Below, in pieces: positions 9,811 to 22,234 of a stretch of 64,000 nucleotides of DNA. How positions within the stretch are numbered: position 1 is the stretch's first letter; each line of letters opens with the position of its first letter. Location of the stretch: positions 1-64,000 of the forward strand of contig DASXQR010000048.1 of the NCBI GenBank assembly GCA_036507075.1. The letters are read 5' to 3'. The translations under genes were made by a program, and so were the position numbers. Source of the DNA: Acidobacteriota bacterium. Lineage in GTDB: Bacteria; Acidobacteriota; UBA6911; JACQSX01. A model generated the notes under the pieces. It did no database searches. It was not told the DNA's origin and saw nothing but the letters and a program-made list of their open reading frames with translations.

Positions 9811-11055
9811 ATGGCTGACTACAAACTCATTCGGATTCCGTCAGAGGGAAAAAAGATAGGCTTCAGCAACGGGCGGTACCAGGTTCCGGATAATCCGATC
9901 ATCCCGTTCATTGAAGGAGACGGCATCGGCGTGGATATCTGGCGCGCGGCCAAGATGGTGTTCGACGCCGCCGTTCAAAAGGCCTTTGGCGGAAAGCGAA
10001 AGATCGTCTGGATGGAAGTGTACGCCGGCGAAAAGGCGCATCAGAAGACCGGCGAGTGGCTTCCCGAGGAAACCCTGAAGGCGCTGGATGAGTTTTCCAT
10101 CGGGATCAAAGGTCCGCTGACGACGCCTGTGGGCGGCGGAATCCGCAGCCTCAACGTCACACTGCGTCAGGTGCTGGACCTTTACGCTTGCGTTCGGCCC
10201 GTGCGCTACATTCCCGGCGTACCGGCGCCCGTAAAGCGGCCCGAAAAAATGGATATCGTGATCTTCCGCGAAAACACCGAGGATGTTTACGCCGGCATTG
10301 AGTGGAAGGAAGGAAGCGAAGAGGCGCGTAAAGTGATCGAGTTTCTGAACGGCACCATGGGCAAAAAGATTCGTCTCGATTCGGGAATCGGCGTGAAGCC
10401 GATTTCAAGAACGGCGTCGCAAAACCTGGTGCGCAAGGCAATCCGATACGCCATTGAACATGGCCGGCACCGTGTAACCCTGGTCCACAAGGGAAACATA
10501 ATGAAGTTCACCGAGGGCGCCTTCCGCGACTGGGGCTACGAGCTGGCGGCCGGGGAATTTGCGGCCCAGACAATTACCGAAACCGAAGTGTACGAAAAAC
10601 ATGGCGGCCGGATTCCGGCCGGCAGGATCATGATCAATGACCGAATCGCCGATGCCATGTTCCAGCAGGTATTGCTCCGTCCCGATGAATACGAAGTAGT
10701 TGCGACGCCCAATTTGAACGGTGATTATCTTTCCGACGCCTGCGCCGCGCAGGTGGGCGGTCTGGGAATGGCGCCCGGCGCCAACATCAGTGACCGCGTG
10801 GCAGTGTTTGAAGCCACCCATGGAACCGCCCCCAAGTATGCCGGGCAGGACAAGGTCAATCCCGGTTCGGTCATTCTTTCGGGCGTGATGATGCTCGAGC
10901 ACATGGGCTGGAATGAAGCGGCCAATCTAATCTATAAGGCCGTCGAGAAAACCATCGCGCAGAAGAAGGTCACCTATGACCTGGAACGACAAATGGAAGG
11001 GGCGCAGGTCGTGAAGACGTCCGAGTTCGGACGGGCCATCTGCGAGAATATGTAA
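9811..11055 (+). CDS. icd: NADP-dependent isocitrate dehydrogenase
   Basis: [60 protein letters not shown]. Confidence 0.97.
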   Translation: MADYKLIRIPSEGKKIGFSNGRYQVPDNPIIPFIEGDGIGVDIWRAAKMVFDAAVQKAFGGKRKIVWMEVYAGEKAHQKTGEWLPEETLKALDEFSIGIKGPLTTPVGGGIRSLNVTLRQVLDLYACVRPVRYIPGVPAPVKRPEKMDIVIFRENTEDVYAGIEWKEGSEEARKVIEFLNGTMGKKIRLDSGIGVKPISRTASQNLVRKAIRYAIEHGRHRVTLVHKGNIMKFTEGAFRDWGYELAAGEFAAQTITETEVYEKHGGRIPAGRIMINDRIADAMFQQVLLRPDEYEVVATPNLNGDYLSDACAAQVGGLGMAPGANISDRVAVFEATHGTAPKYAGQDKVNPGSVILSGVMMLEHMGWNEAANLIYKAVEKTIAQKKVTYDLERQMEGAQVVKTSEFGRAICENM

Positions 11056-11064
11056 CTTTTTCTT

Positions 11065-11120
11065 AACCACAAAGACACAAAGGGCACAAAGAGGTTTGTG
11101 TTCTTTGTGTCTTTGTGGTG
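11065..11120. repeat. 9-mer-unit inverted repeat between icd and mdh
   Basis: accacaaagacacaaagggcacaaa ... tttgtgttctttgtgtctttgtggt. Confidence 0.85.
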
Positions 11121-11121
11121 A

Positions 11122-12075
<954 letters not shown>

Positions 12076-12078
12076 TTC

Positions 12079-12308
12079 CTCCGTGTCCTCTGTACTACTA
12101 ACCATGAGAATTTTCGCGGCCTGCGCAAATTATTCGGGAGCGGAGAGACGGCCTGAGGGCCGTCTCAGCCTGGCAGGACACCGCAGAGAGACGGCCCTCA
12201 GGCCGTCTCTCCACTCCCGAAAATGTAGAAACTCCAAAGAGAGACGGCCCTCAGGCCGTCTCTCCTTGACTTTTGGTTGCGGCTTCGCCGCGCTAAGCCT
12301 CTGTGGTT
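12079..12308 (+). mobile_element. Composite element (family B): TACTACTAACC left end, three GAGACGGCC-N-GGCCGTCTC REP-like palindromes, TTTTGGTTGCGGCTTCGCCGCGCTAAG right end
   Basis: Near-identical inverted copy at 46259-46436; core also present at 15579-15658. Confidence 0.75.
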
Positions 12309-12319
12309 GATGTTTTTTC

Positions 12320-12660
12320 TCACCACAGAGTCACAGCCCGGCCCGTAGGCCGCAACCAAAAAGCCGTCCACGAAAACGTCAACGATCACGTCTAACGCCT
12401 ACAAGCACGACCACGACAACCTCCACGTCCTGCGTTCACGAGCACGCCAACGTCCACGTCCAAGGTCCACGACTCCGACAAACATGATCAGCTTCAATTC
12501 TCTGCAGCCTGCGCCGCACCGGGCAAGATTGTAGATGTAATTGTGAACGTGGGACGTAGACGTGGTCGTGCTCGTGAACGTGAGACGTGATCGTTGACTT
12601 GAACGGCTTTGAAAAAACCTCGCCAAAAAAAGACCAAGAAGTTGCCAACAGGTTTACACA
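12320..12660 (-). mobile_element. Composite element family A (6-mer palindromic core)
   Basis: Reverse complement reads GTGTAA..GTTGGCAACTTCTTG..TTTTTCAAAGCCGT ... ACGGCTTTTTGGTTGCGGCCTACGG, as at 8107-8355. Confidence 0.7.
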
Positions 12661-13943
12661 GAGGAGACAGTGTTACCCGCCAGATGCCTTTTCAGAAGAT
12701 CTATCGTCCGATTAAGATCGTTTTCAGTTACGTAAATCGGGCAGGAAAAACGCATTGAGGCGGGCAGCTTGTCGGGGCCGTCGCCAGCCACCACCCAGAT
12801 TTTATGCTCCTCCCAGAGCTTCCGGGCGAATGCCTCGATCTTTTGCACAGGCAGCATCGCCTTGACCATGGCAGCCGAAAGTTCAGGCGGCTGGCCGTTG
12901 CCGAACCAGACGCCCCGGATTTCTGCAAGCCTGGAGCGCAGCATTTCGGTCAGTTGACGCTCACGTCCAAAAATCCGCGCCCCGCCGATTTTTTTGTGAA
13001 AATCGATGGCAGCCATCAGTCCCATTAGCAGCGTCAGATTGGACGTGCCGACATTGGTAAGCCGCTCGCATCCCAGTTTTGCCTGATCCCAAGTTCCGGC
13101 GGCGGTATGACTCCACAGCCTTTCCGCCATACCCTTACGACAGTAGAGCAGTCCTGTGCCTTTGGGGGCGTAGAGCCATTTGTGCGGGCTGCTCGCATAG
13201 TAATCGCAGCCGATTTCGTGCATGTCCAGTGGAATCTGGCCGATGGCGTGAGCCCCGTCAATCAGTGTGATGATGCCCCGGGCGCGGGCCAGGCTGCTGA
13301 TCTCTTTGACTGGAAGGATTCCCCCTGTGACTGTGGTAATGTGGCTGACGCTGATCACGCGCGTCTTTGGCGTGACGGCTGCCTGTACTTTCTCCAGAAT
13401 CTCGACGCCCGACTGAGGCGGCAGGGGGATCTGAAATTCACGGACTACGATTCCGTATCGCTTTGCCCGCTGGTACCACGCGCTGCGCCCGCCGGGGTGC
13501 TCCTGATTGCTCATCAGCACCTCGTCGCCGGGATTGAGGTCCAGGCCCGTGGCCACCGTGTTCATCGCCTCGGTTGCGTTGCGGGTAAGCGCAATCTCAT
13601 CGGCCGCAGCGCTGATGAAATTTCCCAGCGCCTCGCGAATCGCGAGCGTGGCGCCATAGCCCCACCATGGATACTCGGGATATTTCCGGGTCTTGACCGA
13701 TTCCGTTTCAAGCAGATGCCGGTACATCGCCTCGATAACAGGCCGGGGAGAAAGCCCCAGAGTTCCATTGTTCAAATAAGCGACGTCGTCCGGCACCAGG
13801 AACTCCCCCCGGATCTTTTTCCAGTAGTCGTCGGTAGAAGGCTCTGCCACCCATTCCGTCCAGGCTGACTTTTTACCCGGGGCCGGCAGCATTCGCGCCA
13901 GTGCGAAAAGTGAAATCTCGGATGTAAAGCTTCTACGATCCAT
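12654..13943 (-). CDS. Class V PLP-dependent aminotransferase (isopenicillin-N epimerase-like), possible Tat export
   Basis: YLNNGTLG, TRNATEAM, EHP, IDGAHAIG, SPHKWLYAPKGTG (PLP lysine); N-terminus MDRRSF. Confidence 0.88.
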   Translation of the reverse strand: MDRRSFTSEISLFALARMLPAPGKKSAWTEWVAEPSTDDYWKKIRGEFLVPDDVAYLNNGTLGLSPRPVIEAMYRHLLETESVKTRKYPEYPWWGYGATLAIREALGNFISAAADEIALTRNATEAMNTVATGLDLNPGDEVLMSNQEHPGGRSAWYQRAKRYGIVVREFQIPLPPQSGVEILEKVQAAVTPKTRVISVSHITTVTGGILPVKEISSLARARGIITLIDGAHAIGQIPLDMHEIGCDYYASSPHKWLYAPKGTGLLYCRKGMAERLWSHTAAGTWDQAKLGCERLTNVGTSNLTLLMGLMAAIDFHKKIGGARIFGRERQLTEMLRSRLAEIRGVWFGNGQPPELSAAMVKAMLPVQKIEAFARKLWEEHKIWVVAGDGPDKLPASMRFSCPIYVTENDLNRTIDLLKRHLAGNTVSSV

Positions 13944-14167
13944 ACATTTCTGCGGAACTGTTTTGCAGGTTTGAGTAAAGTCTACCGTCTCCACACCGCC
14001 TTTTCAAGCAAACGCCGACAATAGCCACGAAGCCACGAAGGCACGAAGGGGACCATGCGGCCCGCACTGACACTTCTTGTTAATGTTTGAAATGTTGCCG
14101 TAATGCCGTTTCAAACAGACCGTCAAATCTTCGTGTCTTCGTGGCAAGTACCGAGGAGCCGCACGGA

Positions 14168-15559
14168 TCACTTTAGTTCCAAGACGCTCACTTTTCCCAG
14201 TTCCTCAAGCTGTTTCTGGACATCTGGCGGACCGACGGCCAAAATAATCAGCTTGTCTGGGTGCAGATATTTTTGCGCTACGCGCTCCACATCAGCAATC
14301 GTAACGGCCGCTACGCGATCGCGATACTGGTACAGGAAGTCTTCAGGCAATCCGAAGTAGCGGTACTGCATCTGTCGAATTACGATCTGTCGCGGGCTGT
14401 CGAATGAGAAAACGAATGAATTGATTTCTTCATCCTTGGCGCGCTGCAGTTCCGACGGATCAATCTTGCCGGTTTTGAGACGCTGCAGCTCCGAGATGAT
14501 GGTTTTGACCGTCCTGGCTGTAGAAGGCGCGGCGGTTTCAGCCGAGACGGTGAACGCTCCCAAGTCACGCATCCCTCCCTGAAATGAACTTCCCACATGG
14601 TAGGCCAGACCCATCTGTGTGCGCACCGTCTGCGTCAGCCTTGAGGAAAAACCGCTCCCCAGGATTGTATCCATCACGCTTAAAGCAAAGAAATCAGGGT
14701 TGCTGATCCTGGTTCCAAAGTGCCCGATGCGGATGTTGGTCTGGCTGACGTTCTTTGGAACGTAGAATATACCGGCCGTGTATTCGCCGCTTGCGGTCGC
14801 CACTTGTGGCAGCGCAGCCGGCCGGGCGACCCATTTTCCAAACAGGCTTTCCAGCCTCACGATCAATTGTTCTTTTTTGAAGTCTCCGGCAAATCCAACC
14901 AGGATGTTGGCGGGAGCGTAAAACTTCTCGTAAAATCCGCGCACGTCGGCAACAGTAATGGACGCTACCTGGCTCTCTTTGGGAAAACGGGCAAGCGGAT
15001 GGTCTTTCCCATAAAGAGCAATTAAGTATTCCCGGGAGACTATCTCGCCCGGTTCATCGTTTCGGCGGATCAAAGCTTCGATGAATTGCTTTTTAATCAG
15101 CTCCAGCTGTTTATCGTCAAAGCGGGGACGCTGTATCACGTCGGCCATCAACTGCAAACCGGTGTCGGCATCCTTGGAAAGAACCGACATTGATACCCTT
15201 CCGCTCTCCTCGCTGATGTTCGACTCTACAGACGCGGCTATGAATTCCAGCGCTTCGTTGAGCTCTTCCGGAGTCTTGGAGATTGTGCCTCCTGTGCGAA
15301 GCAGTTCGCCGGTAACTTCCGCCAGTCCCAGTTTGTCGGACGGATCATAAATAGAACCAGTACGCACCAGCGCATAGCCGTCCACAATGGGAACCTCATG
15401 GTCTTCCAGCAGGAATACCTCAATTCCGTTGGAGAGCTTCACCTTGTCCGTTTTGGGAGGATTGAACTTCAGTTCAGGAAATTTTAATTGAGGCAGTTGG
15501 GCGCTTGCGTGGATTATGCAAAAAGCGCCGAGCAACAGGATTGGCAGTAGTCGTTTCAC
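14168..15559 (-). CDS. M16 peptidase, non-catalytic subunit, exported
   Basis: Signal peptide, LSNG..V.LLEDHE.P, GFSSRL...VR..MGLAY; lacks HxxEH. Confidence 0.88.
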   Translation of the reverse strand: MKRLLPILLLGAFCIIHASAQLPQLKFPELKFNPPKTDKVKLSNGIEVFLLEDHEVPIVDGYALVRTGSIYDPSDKLGLAEVTGELLRTGGTISKTPEELNEALEFIAASVESNISEESGRVSMSVLSKDADTGLQLMADVIQRPRFDDKQLELIKKQFIEALIRRNDEPGEIVSREYLIALYGKDHPLARFPKESQVASITVADVRGFYEKFYAPANILVGFAGDFKKEQLIVRLESLFGKWVARPAALPQVATASGEYTAGIFYVPKNVSQTNIRIGHFGTRISNPDFFALSVMDTILGSGFSSRLTQTVRTQMGLAYHVGSSFQGGMRDLGAFTVSAETAAPSTARTVKTIISELQRLKTGKIDPSELQRAKDEEINSFVFSFDSPRQIVIRQMQYRYFGLPEDFLYQYRDRVAAVTIADVERVAQKYLHPDKLIILAVGPPDVQKQLEELGKVSVLELK

Positions 15560-15578
15560 AAAGGAACTCCTTGAACAT

Positions 15579-15658
15579 TTCGGGAGCGGAGAGACGGCCT
15601 GAGGGCCGTCTCAGCTTGGCGCACACCGCAAAGAGACGGCCCTCAGGCCGTCTCTCCG
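15579..15658. repeat. REP-like doublet GGAGAGACGGCCTGAGGGCCGTCTC / GAGACGGCCCTCAGGCCGTCTCTCC
   Basis: Same palindromes as at 12142-12265 and 46305-46374. Confidence 0.85.
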
Positions 15659-15694
15659 TCAGCGCGCCCCCTTCGGGGCGCCTACTTGAACGGC

Positions 15695-17230
15695 TCACTT
15701 TCCGGACGGTTTCTGAGCCGCCGAGTCCGCCGACCGCTTTTCAACAATGTAAGCCAGCGTCCGGTTGGAGCGTGTAAAGTACCGGGACGCGACTCGCTGT
15801 ATATCCGGCGCCGTAATCTTTGAAACTTTGTCCTTGTACTCGATCAGATATTTCCAGTCGCCGCTGATGCCTTCCGCCTGGGTCAAGGCGGCGGCCATCG
15901 TGGTATTGGACCGCAGGCGTCGGATGAAGGCAGCGTCAATCTGATTGATGTTTTTCTGCAGTTCCCGCTCGCTCACCGGCTCCTTTTTGAGCCGGTCCAG
16001 CTCGCCCTCAAGTGCTGCGGCGACTTCCTGAACGGTGTGGCCGGCGATGGGAACCGCCGCAAGCGTGAATATAGTGGAATATTTGCCGTACGTGAGCGGC
16101 AGCGTTCCCCAGGCTATTACTTCAGCGGCAAGCTGCTTGTCCTGCACGATGTTCTTGTACAGCCTCGAAGTTCGTCCGTTGGAAAGCAGGTTGGTAATGA
16201 CATCGAAAACAACGTCGTCAGCATGGTTGGCACTGGGTCGATGGAAGCCCATCATCACGAACGGCTGCGATTCGAATTCCACCTTCACTTCTTTTTCGCC
16301 GCCCTGTTCCAGCTCCAGTGTATGGATGGGGGCGGGTGCCGGGGCGGAAGGAAGCGGCGCAAAATAACGGTCCAGCATCGGAGTGAGCGCGGAGGTGTTG
16401 AAGTCGCCTACGATGGCGATAATGGCATTGGCCGGGACGTAATACTTCCTGTAGAACTCCTGTGTTTCACCCCGGGTAATATGCTGCAGGTCGGATGGCC
16501 AGCCGACCCCCGCGTGAAGACCGTAGGGATGAGACTCAAAGGCATTGACCACGAATTTCTCGAACAGCTTCCCGAAAGGCGAGTCGTCGGTTCGCATGCG
16601 GCGCTCTTCCTGAACCACGCTCCGTTCCTTGTAAAACTGGCGCAGCACGGTATTGACCATGCGGTCCGATTCCAGCACCGCCCAGAGTTCGAGCTTGTTG
16701 GCGGGAAGACTGATGTAGTACTCGGTCGCGTCCCGCCCGGTCTCCGCGTTCAGACCTACGCCTCCGTTGCGTTCCAGCAGCTCTGAGAACTGGTTGTCGT
16801 TAATAAACTTATTCTGCTGATTCTCCAGTTCTTCCATTTTCTTTTCCAGGGCCGCCACTTTTTCGCGATCCGCTTTTTCACCCTTGTCCAGCTCAGCGGC
16901 CATTTCCGCGGCGACCTGATCCTGCTGCTTCATCAGCGGGGCTTCCGCTTTAACATCTTTGGTGCCGATTTTCGAAGTGCCCTTGAAGGCCATGTGCTCG
17001 TACAGGTGAGCAATACCCGTCTGTCCGACCTGCTCGTCGACCGATCCGACGTTGAAAAACACATGAAAGGAAATAGTGGGACTGGTGTGGCGCTCCAGCA
17101 GCAGGAAGCGCAGACCGTTTTTCAACGTGTGACGTGTAACCCGCTTCTCCAGGTTTCCAATTCCCTGTCCATAGGCAACAGAGATGAGCAGAATCGCGGC
17201 GAAGAAAAAAAGGATGGATCTTCGTCTCAT
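15695..17230 (-). CDS. M16 peptidase, catalytic subunit, exported
   Basis: Signal peptide, GSVDE..GQTGIAHLYEHMAFKG, LNAET, ERSVVQEERR. Confidence 0.92.
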   Translation of the reverse strand: MRRRSILFFFAAILLISVAYGQGIGNLEKRVTRHTLKNGLRFLLLERHTSPTISFHVFFNVGSVDEQVGQTGIAHLYEHMAFKGTSKIGTKDVKAEAPLMKQQDQVAAEMAAELDKGEKADREKVAALEKKMEELENQQNKFINDNQFSELLERNGGVGLNAETGRDATEYYISLPANKLELWAVLESDRMVNTVLRQFYKERSVVQEERRMRTDDSPFGKLFEKFVVNAFESHPYGLHAGVGWPSDLQHITRGETQEFYRKYYVPANAIIAIVGDFNTSALTPMLDRYFAPLPSAPAPAPIHTLELEQGGEKEVKVEFESQPFVMMGFHRPSANHADDVVFDVITNLLSNGRTSRLYKNIVQDKQLAAEVIAWGTLPLTYGKYSTIFTLAAVPIAGHTVQEVAAALEGELDRLKKEPVSERELQKNINQIDAAFIRRLRSNTTMAAALTQAEGISGDWKYLIEYKDKVSKITAPDIQRVASRYFTRSNRTLAYIVEKRSADSAAQKPSGK

Positions 17231-17328
17231 AAATTCCTCGGATTTGCGGGAAGAACGATAATATCAGAGACTTCGCGAGGGCTGTTAACCACAAAGACAC
17301 AGCGCGGCGGCAGGCCGCAGCCAAAAAA

Positions 17329-17664
17329 TCACAACTGCATTAAGATCCAGGCCGTAACGATTGTACCAGCCATCGCCGCACCATAGCACACCACGGCGAG
17401 AGGCTTTCTCAGCGTTGCTAACCCCATATCGGTCAGAGCAAAATAGAAGCGATGGGCCCAGTGGTACAGCGGCAGGGCGATGAGCACAAAAAGGTAGGCC
17501 TTGATCCACCAGTGCCGATAGAGCGACCCGCTGTCAGGGATCCAACCGAGAGGCACGGCGAAACCAAAAATGATCATGTGAATGGGCACCAGGAAGGCGG
17601 CTACCACGCCTCCGGCCGAAAAGAGCGTCCACCAAAGCGGTTCAGCGGTGTTTTTAGTAGCCAT
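17329..17664 (-). CDS. frdD: Fumarate reductase membrane anchor subunit D
   Basis: EPLWWTLFSAGG and LPLYHWAHR match FrdD; three TM helices; last gene of the operon. Confidence 0.85.
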   Translation of the reverse strand: MATKNTAEPLWWTLFSAGGVVAAFLVPIHMIIFGFAVPLGWIPDSGSLYRHWWIKAYLFVLIALPLYHWAHRFYFALTDMGLATLRKPLAVVCYGAAMAGTIVTAWILMQL

Positions 17665-17667
17665 CTA

Positions 17668-18081
17668 TCAGCTCTGAAGCGCGCGGAAAAAAACGAAAAT
17701 GATCAAGGATACCGCTATCCACGCGCCTATGTTCAGGGCGGTTACCAACCCCCGTGGAAGCTTACGTTCGCCTATCTGCAGTGGCAAGATGACCGCCGTG
17801 GAGTAAAACCAGGTCAAGCTGTGATACAGGGCAAACAAGAGGGCCACAAGGTGGAATGCGATCCACCCCGGCGAAGCAAGCTTCCGCGTAAAGGCAACGT
17901 ATGCCTCCAGGCCATGACTCAGTTGATAAATCTGGATCAGGAAGACGAGCAGGAAAACTGCGATGAACACGCTCGACAGCTCCCGCAGCATAAAGAAGAA
18001 ATAACTGCGACGCCTCAACCACCAGGTTGCCGGCATCTTGGGATAATAGAGCTTGGACTTGTCGGGCCTTGTTCCGTTCAT
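17668..18081 (-). CDS. frdC: Fumarate reductase membrane anchor subunit C
   Basis: Y...M..TWW...SY..FMLRE and HSLTWF motifs of FrdC. Confidence 0.85.
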   Translation of the reverse strand: MNGTRPDKSKLYYPKMPATWWLRRRSYFFFMLRELSSVFIAVFLLVFLIQIYQLSHGLEAYVAFTRKLASPGWIAFHLVALLFALYHSLTWFYSTAVILPLQIGERKLPRGLVTALNIGAWIAVSLIIFVFFRALQS

Positions 18082-18827
18082 CTCTGACCCCAGGGAAGCA
18101 GTACGGATTTGAACCAGTCGTTAACAGTGTTAACTTTGGTCCGCTGGATAGCGGCCGCCGGGTCAACATTCTTGGGGCATACCACACTGCATTCCCCGAC
18201 GAACGTGCAGTGCCAGATTCCTTCGTGACCCCCCAACACGGGTTGGCGCAGTGCTTTTCCCTCATCGCGCGAGTCCATATTGTAGCGGTAGCCCAGGGCT
18301 ATTGCCGCGGGACCCACAAACCCCGGCTCCAAGCCGTAGACGGGACAGGCCGCATAACAGAGCATGCAGTTGATGCACAGAGTAAATTGTTTGTACGCTT
18401 CCAGTTCTTGGGGGGTCTGCAGATACTCGCCTTCCGATACCGGTTTGTCCGCCTTGCGAATGATCCATGGCTTAACGCTCTTCAGCTTATCCAGAAAGTC
18501 AGTCATGTCGATTACCAGATCCCGGATAACCGGGAAATTCGTCAGCGGTTCAACGCGAATCTCGCCCGGGTAATAATCGCGCAGGAACGCGGCGCAGGTC
18601 AGCTTGGGTACGCCGTTGACCATCATCCCGCAACTGCCACAGACCCCCATACGGCAGGACCAACGGTAAGTCAACGTGCCGTCAATCTGGTCCTTGATGT
18701 AATTGAGCGCATCCAGAACCACCCAATCCTTTCGATAGGGAACAGAGTAGGTTTGTGTTCTCGGCGCGCTGTCCTGGCCCGGTTGGTAACGGGTGACATT
18801 CAGCGTAACGGTTGGCTCGCTCATCAA
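18078..18827 (-). CDS. frdB: Fumarate reductase/succinate dehydrogenase iron-sulfur subunit
   Basis: [40 protein letters not shown]. Confidence 0.93.
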   Translation of the reverse strand: MMSEPTVTLNVTRYQPGQDSAPRTQTYSVPYRKDWVVLDALNYIKDQIDGTLTYRWSCRMGVCGSCGMMVNGVPKLTCAAFLRDYYPGEIRVEPLTNFPVIRDLVIDMTDFLDKLKSVKPWIIRKADKPVSEGEYLQTPQELEAYKQFTLCINCMLCYAACPVYGLEPGFVGPAAIALGYRYNMDSRDEGKALRQPVLGGHEGIWHCTFVGECSVVCPKNVDPAAAIQRTKVNTVNDWFKSVLLPWGQR

Positions 18828-18836
18828 TTTTCCCTT

Positions 18837-20567
18837 CTAATATTTCCGCTCTTCGGGCGCCCAGCGGGTGATCTTCACCGGTGAATACTGAATTTTCGGC
18901 CCCTGGGGCGTACGATATGCAAGCGAATGTTTGAGAAATTGCGCATCGTCCCGCTTGGGAAAGTCGGTGCGCGTATGCGAACCGCGTGACTCCTTACGAT
19001 GCAGCGCCGCATGGGCGACCGTCTCGGCCACGTCGAGCATGAAATCGAGCTCCAAGGCGGCTATCACCTCGGTATTGAATATATTGCCGCGGTCCTCGAT
19101 CTTGATTTCCGCGAAGCGCCCGCGCAGGCCGCGGAGAGTATTACAAGTCTTCTGCATCTCCGTTTCGCTGCGGTAGATTCCGGCTCCCGCTTCCATCGCT
19201 TCCTGCATCTGTTGGCGAATCGTGGCAATTCGTTCGCTCCCGCCCTCTTTCCTCAAAAAATTCCGCTCAAGGCGTCGCTGTTCATCGTTGGCCAGTGTCG
19301 AAACCGGGTTGGAGGAAGCAGGGGGCCGGGTCAGTCCATACTCGGCTGCGGCACGTCCGGCGCGGGCGCCGAAGACTAAACACTCGGTCAACGAGTTAGA
19401 GCCCAGCCGATTGGCGCCATTGATGGAGACGCAGGCTGTTTCCCCGGCGGCATAGAGTCCTTCAACAGATGTTTTGCCCGTCACGTCAGTGTCGATCCCA
19501 CCCATCATGTAGTGCGCCACCGGACGCACAGGTATGGGTTCGTAGACCGGATCGATTCCAACGTATTTGCGCGCAAGTTCCCGAACGAAAGGCAGTTTCT
19601 TGTCGATCAGCTCCTCTCCAAGATGGCGCAGGTCGAGCTGTACGTAGTGACCGTAGGGACCCTCGAATGTGCGCCCTTTTTGATATTCCTGCATGTGACA
19701 GCGCGAGAGGATATCGCGCGGACCGAGCTCCATCTTGCGGTGCACGGGAGTGTCGGTGGGAGGGCCGAGGCCGTAATCCTGGAGATACCGGTAGCCGTCT
19801 TTGTTCTTAAGCCAACCTCCTTCGCCGCGGGATGCCTCGGTGATGAGGATGCCGGTTCCCGGCAAGCCCGTTGGATGATACTGGACGAATTCCATGTCCT
19901 TGAGAGCAGCGCCGGCGCGGTAGGCCAGCGCCATCCCATCGCCGGTCTTGATGGCCGCGTTTGTAGTGAATGGAAAGATGCGACCCGCGCCGCCCGTGCA
20001 GAGAATTACGGCCTTGGCTGCGATCACTTCCACCTGCCCGCTGTAAAGGTTGATCACCGTCACCCCGCGAACCTTCCCTTCATCTACCAGCAGTGACGTC
20101 GCAAATGACTCGTCGTAGCGCACAATACGGTCGTACTTGAGCGAGGTCTGGAACAGACTGTGAAGCATATGAAAACCAGTCTTGTCGGCGGCAAAGAGAG
20201 TGCGATCGACGCTCATACCGCCGAAAGACCGCACGCTCACGCGCCCGTCTGGTTCGCGGTTCCATGGACATCCCCAATGCTCAAGCTGGATCAGTTCTCC
20301 GGGAGCTTCTTTGATGAACAATTCCACGGCGTCTTGATCCGCCAGGAAGTCAGCCCCGAAGATGGTATCCTTGGCGTGGAGATCGAAGCTGTCGTTATCG
20401 CGCAAGACCGCAGCCGAGCCGCCCTCAGCCGAAACCGTATGGCTCCGCATGGGATAAACCTTCGAGACGACCGCGATGGATAGTTTGCTGGATAACTCCG
20501 CTGCAGCAATGGCGGCGCGCAGGCCGGCACCGCCTCCTCCGACGAGGATAATGTCGTGAGAGAACAT
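18837..20567 (-). CDS. frdA: Fumarate reductase/succinate dehydrogenase flavoprotein subunit
   Basis: [20 protein letters not shown] (covalent-FAD His), [40 protein letters not shown]. Confidence 0.94.
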   Translation of the reverse strand: MFSHDIILVGGGGAGLRAAIAAAELSSKLSIAVVSKVYPMRSHTVSAEGGSAAVLRDNDSFDLHAKDTIFGADFLADQDAVELFIKEAPGELIQLEHWGCPWNREPDGRVSVRSFGGMSVDRTLFAADKTGFHMLHSLFQTSLKYDRIVRYDESFATSLLVDEGKVRGVTVINLYSGQVEVIAAKAVILCTGGAGRIFPFTTNAAIKTGDGMALAYRAGAALKDMEFVQYHPTGLPGTGILITEASRGEGGWLKNKDGYRYLQDYGLGPPTDTPVHRKMELGPRDILSRCHMQEYQKGRTFEGPYGHYVQLDLRHLGEELIDKKLPFVRELARKYVGIDPVYEPIPVRPVAHYMMGGIDTDVTGKTSVEGLYAAGETACVSINGANRLGSNSLTECLVFGARAGRAAAEYGLTRPPASSNPVSTLANDEQRRLERNFLRKEGGSERIATIRQQMQEAMEAGAGIYRSETEMQKTCNTLRGLRGRFAEIKIEDRGNIFNTEVIAALELDFMLDVAETVAHAALHRKESRGSHTRTDFPKRDDAQFLKHSLAYRTPQGPKIQYSPVKITRWAPEERKY

Positions 20568-20759
20568 CGGGGGCCTTTTAATGATGGAGAACCCGTGATG
20601 AACCAGCGGGTTTTCTTTTTATACGCTTGAAAATTTCAAACATCAAACCCAATTCCACGCGTGCATTCTATCCGCAACTGCCAAGACAATCGAAATTAGA
20701 AATACAGAAAGTAAAGATAAGACGCGGGAATTCTGGTAACATGCGAGGTTTTTCAGATT

Positions 20760-20812
20760 CACCACAGGGACACAGGGAACACAGGACCCGTGTCCCCTGT
20801 GTCTCTGTGGTG
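20760..20812. repeat. 9-mer-unit inverted repeat upstream of sucC
   Basis: caccacagggacacagggaacacagg / cgtgtcccctgtgtctctgtggtg. Confidence 0.85.
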
Positions 20813-20831
20813 AAAAAGCTGTTCCCCGAAT

Positions 20832-21989
20832 ATGAAGATCCACGAATATCAGGCCAAGAAGATCCTCAAGGAATTCGGGGTCAACGTTCCCAACAGCGCC
20901 GTCGCCTATAATGCGGATGAAGTATACGAAACCGCGCATCGCTTGGGGGACGTCGTGGCGATCAAGGCGCAGATCCATGCCGGCGGCCGGGGCAAGGGAG
21001 GCGGCGTCAAGATCGCAAAGTCTCCCGAAGAAGCGGAGCGCCTGGCGCGCGCCATGTTCGGCATGAAGCTGGTGACGTACCAGACCGGGCCGCAGGGGAA
21101 GGAAGTGCAGCGGGTCCTGGTTGAGGCCGGGCTGCGCATCAAGAAGGAGTACTACCTCGGAATCGTAATCGATCGATCTTCGCAGCGCGCGGTCTTCATG
21201 GCCAGCAGCGAAGGAGGAGTCGACATTGAGGAAGTAGCCGCCACAAAACCCGAAAAAATTCTGAAAGAGTTCATTGATCCCGCTGTTGGTTTTGCGGCGT
21301 TCCAGGCGCGCAAGCTCGCCTTTGGAATCGGGATCCCTGGCGACGCAATCAACAAGGCGGTCAAGTTGATGCTCGGCCTGTATCGGGCGTTCGAGCAGAA
21401 GGATGCCTCGCTGGCTGAAATCAATCCCCTGGTGTTGACCGAGGAAGGCGACGTTTACGCGCTGGACGCAAAAATGAACTTCGACGACAACGCCCTTTAT
21501 CGACATCCGGAACTGCTCGAGCTGCGCGATTTCTCCGAGGAGGACCCGCTGGAGATTCGCGCGTCCCGCTTCGGATTGAATTACATCAAGCTGGATGGAA
21601 CCGTCGGTTGCATGGTCAACGGGGCCGGACTGGCGATGGCGACAATGGACATCATCAAGTATGCGGGAGGGAGCCCGGCTAACTTTCTCGATGTGGGCGG
21701 AGGAGCCAGTCAGGACCAGGTAAAGAATGCCTTCCAGATTCTGCTTTCCGATCCCAACGTGAAGGCGGTGCTGATCAACATCTTCGGCGGCATCATGCGC
21801 TGCGATATCGTGGCCGGCGGAGTAGTAGAGGCCGTAAAGACGGTGGGTGTCAAAGTGCCTGTGGTGGTTCGCCTGGAAGGCACAAACGTCGAGCAGGGCC
21901 GCGAGATCCTGAAAAACTCCGGATTGAATTTCACGGTGGCCGCCGGGATGCGTGATGCTGCTGAGAAAGTTGTGAAGCTGGCGCGGTGA
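20832..21989 (+). CDS. sucC: Succinyl-CoA synthetase beta subunit
   Basis: [64 protein letters not shown]. Confidence 0.97.
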   Translation: MKIHEYQAKKILKEFGVNVPNSAVAYNADEVYETAHRLGDVVAIKAQIHAGGRGKGGGVKIAKSPEEAERLARAMFGMKLVTYQTGPQGKEVQRVLVEAGLRIKKEYYLGIVIDRSSQRAVFMASSEGGVDIEEVAATKPEKILKEFIDPAVGFAAFQARKLAFGIGIPGDAINKAVKLMLGLYRAFEQKDASLAEINPLVLTEEGDVYALDAKMNFDDNALYRHPELLELRDFSEEDPLEIRASRFGLNYIKLDGTVGCMVNGAGLAMATMDIIKYAGGSPANFLDVGGGASQDQVKNAFQILLSDPNVKAVLINIFGGIMRCDIVAGGVVEAVKTVGVKVPVVVRLEGTNVEQGREILKNSGLNFTVAAGMRDAAEKVVKLAR

Positions 21990-22206
21990 GAGCCGGAAGC
22001 GGAAAGCGGAAGGCAGGAGGCAGGAAGCAGGAAGCAGGAAGCAGGAAGCAGGACGCAGGAAGCAGGACGCAGGAAGCAGGAGGCAGGAGGCGGAAGGCGG
22101 GAAGCGGAAAGCAGCAGGAGAAGTGGAATGAGGCAGTTTCGCGCCTTCGCGCCTTCGCGGTGCTAATCACCAACTCGTGACTCGTAACCCGGTAACCCGT
22201 AACCCG
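21990..22206. repeat. Repeat cluster between sucC and sucD: (GCAGGAA)n 7-mers, TTCGCGCC 8-mers, GTAACCC 7-mers
   Basis: Units read directly at 21993-22120, 22137-22161 and 22173-22206. Confidence 0.88.
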
Positions 22207-22234
22207 CCGCGCACGGCGGAACACTGGCAAAAGG

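Noticed and set aside
9514..9818. Short ORFs over repeats (also 21931-22260, 27427-27735, 12399-12648, 29566-29793, 42889-43188)
   Set aside because: Low-complexity translations of stop-free tandem repeats with no protein family motifs.
12142..12265. Mini-CRISPR from the GAGACGGCCCTCAGGCCGTCTC repeats
   Set aside because: Copies are in mixed orientation and the intervening sequence is conserved between dispersed loci, as in REP doublets.
12484..12530. MISFNSLQ as an N-terminal four-helix-bundle remnant in the 12320-12660 element
   Set aside because: Too short and too weak a resemblance to support.
12654..13943. Selenocysteine lyase or cysteine desulfurase linked to the candidate selenoprotein
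   Set aside because: No recognisable catalytic Cys loop (RxGHHC or SACxS), it has a Tat-like leader, and it lies about 11 kb away.
17329..20760. frdABCD as proven cargo of the family A/B element
   Set aside because: Only a right end is present; no left-end motif was found upstream of frdA.
20643..21506. Long antisense ORFs (also 33252-34148, 34479-35486, 40503-41684, 22238-22975)
   Set aside because: Shadows of well-supported genes on the opposite strand, expected at this GC content.
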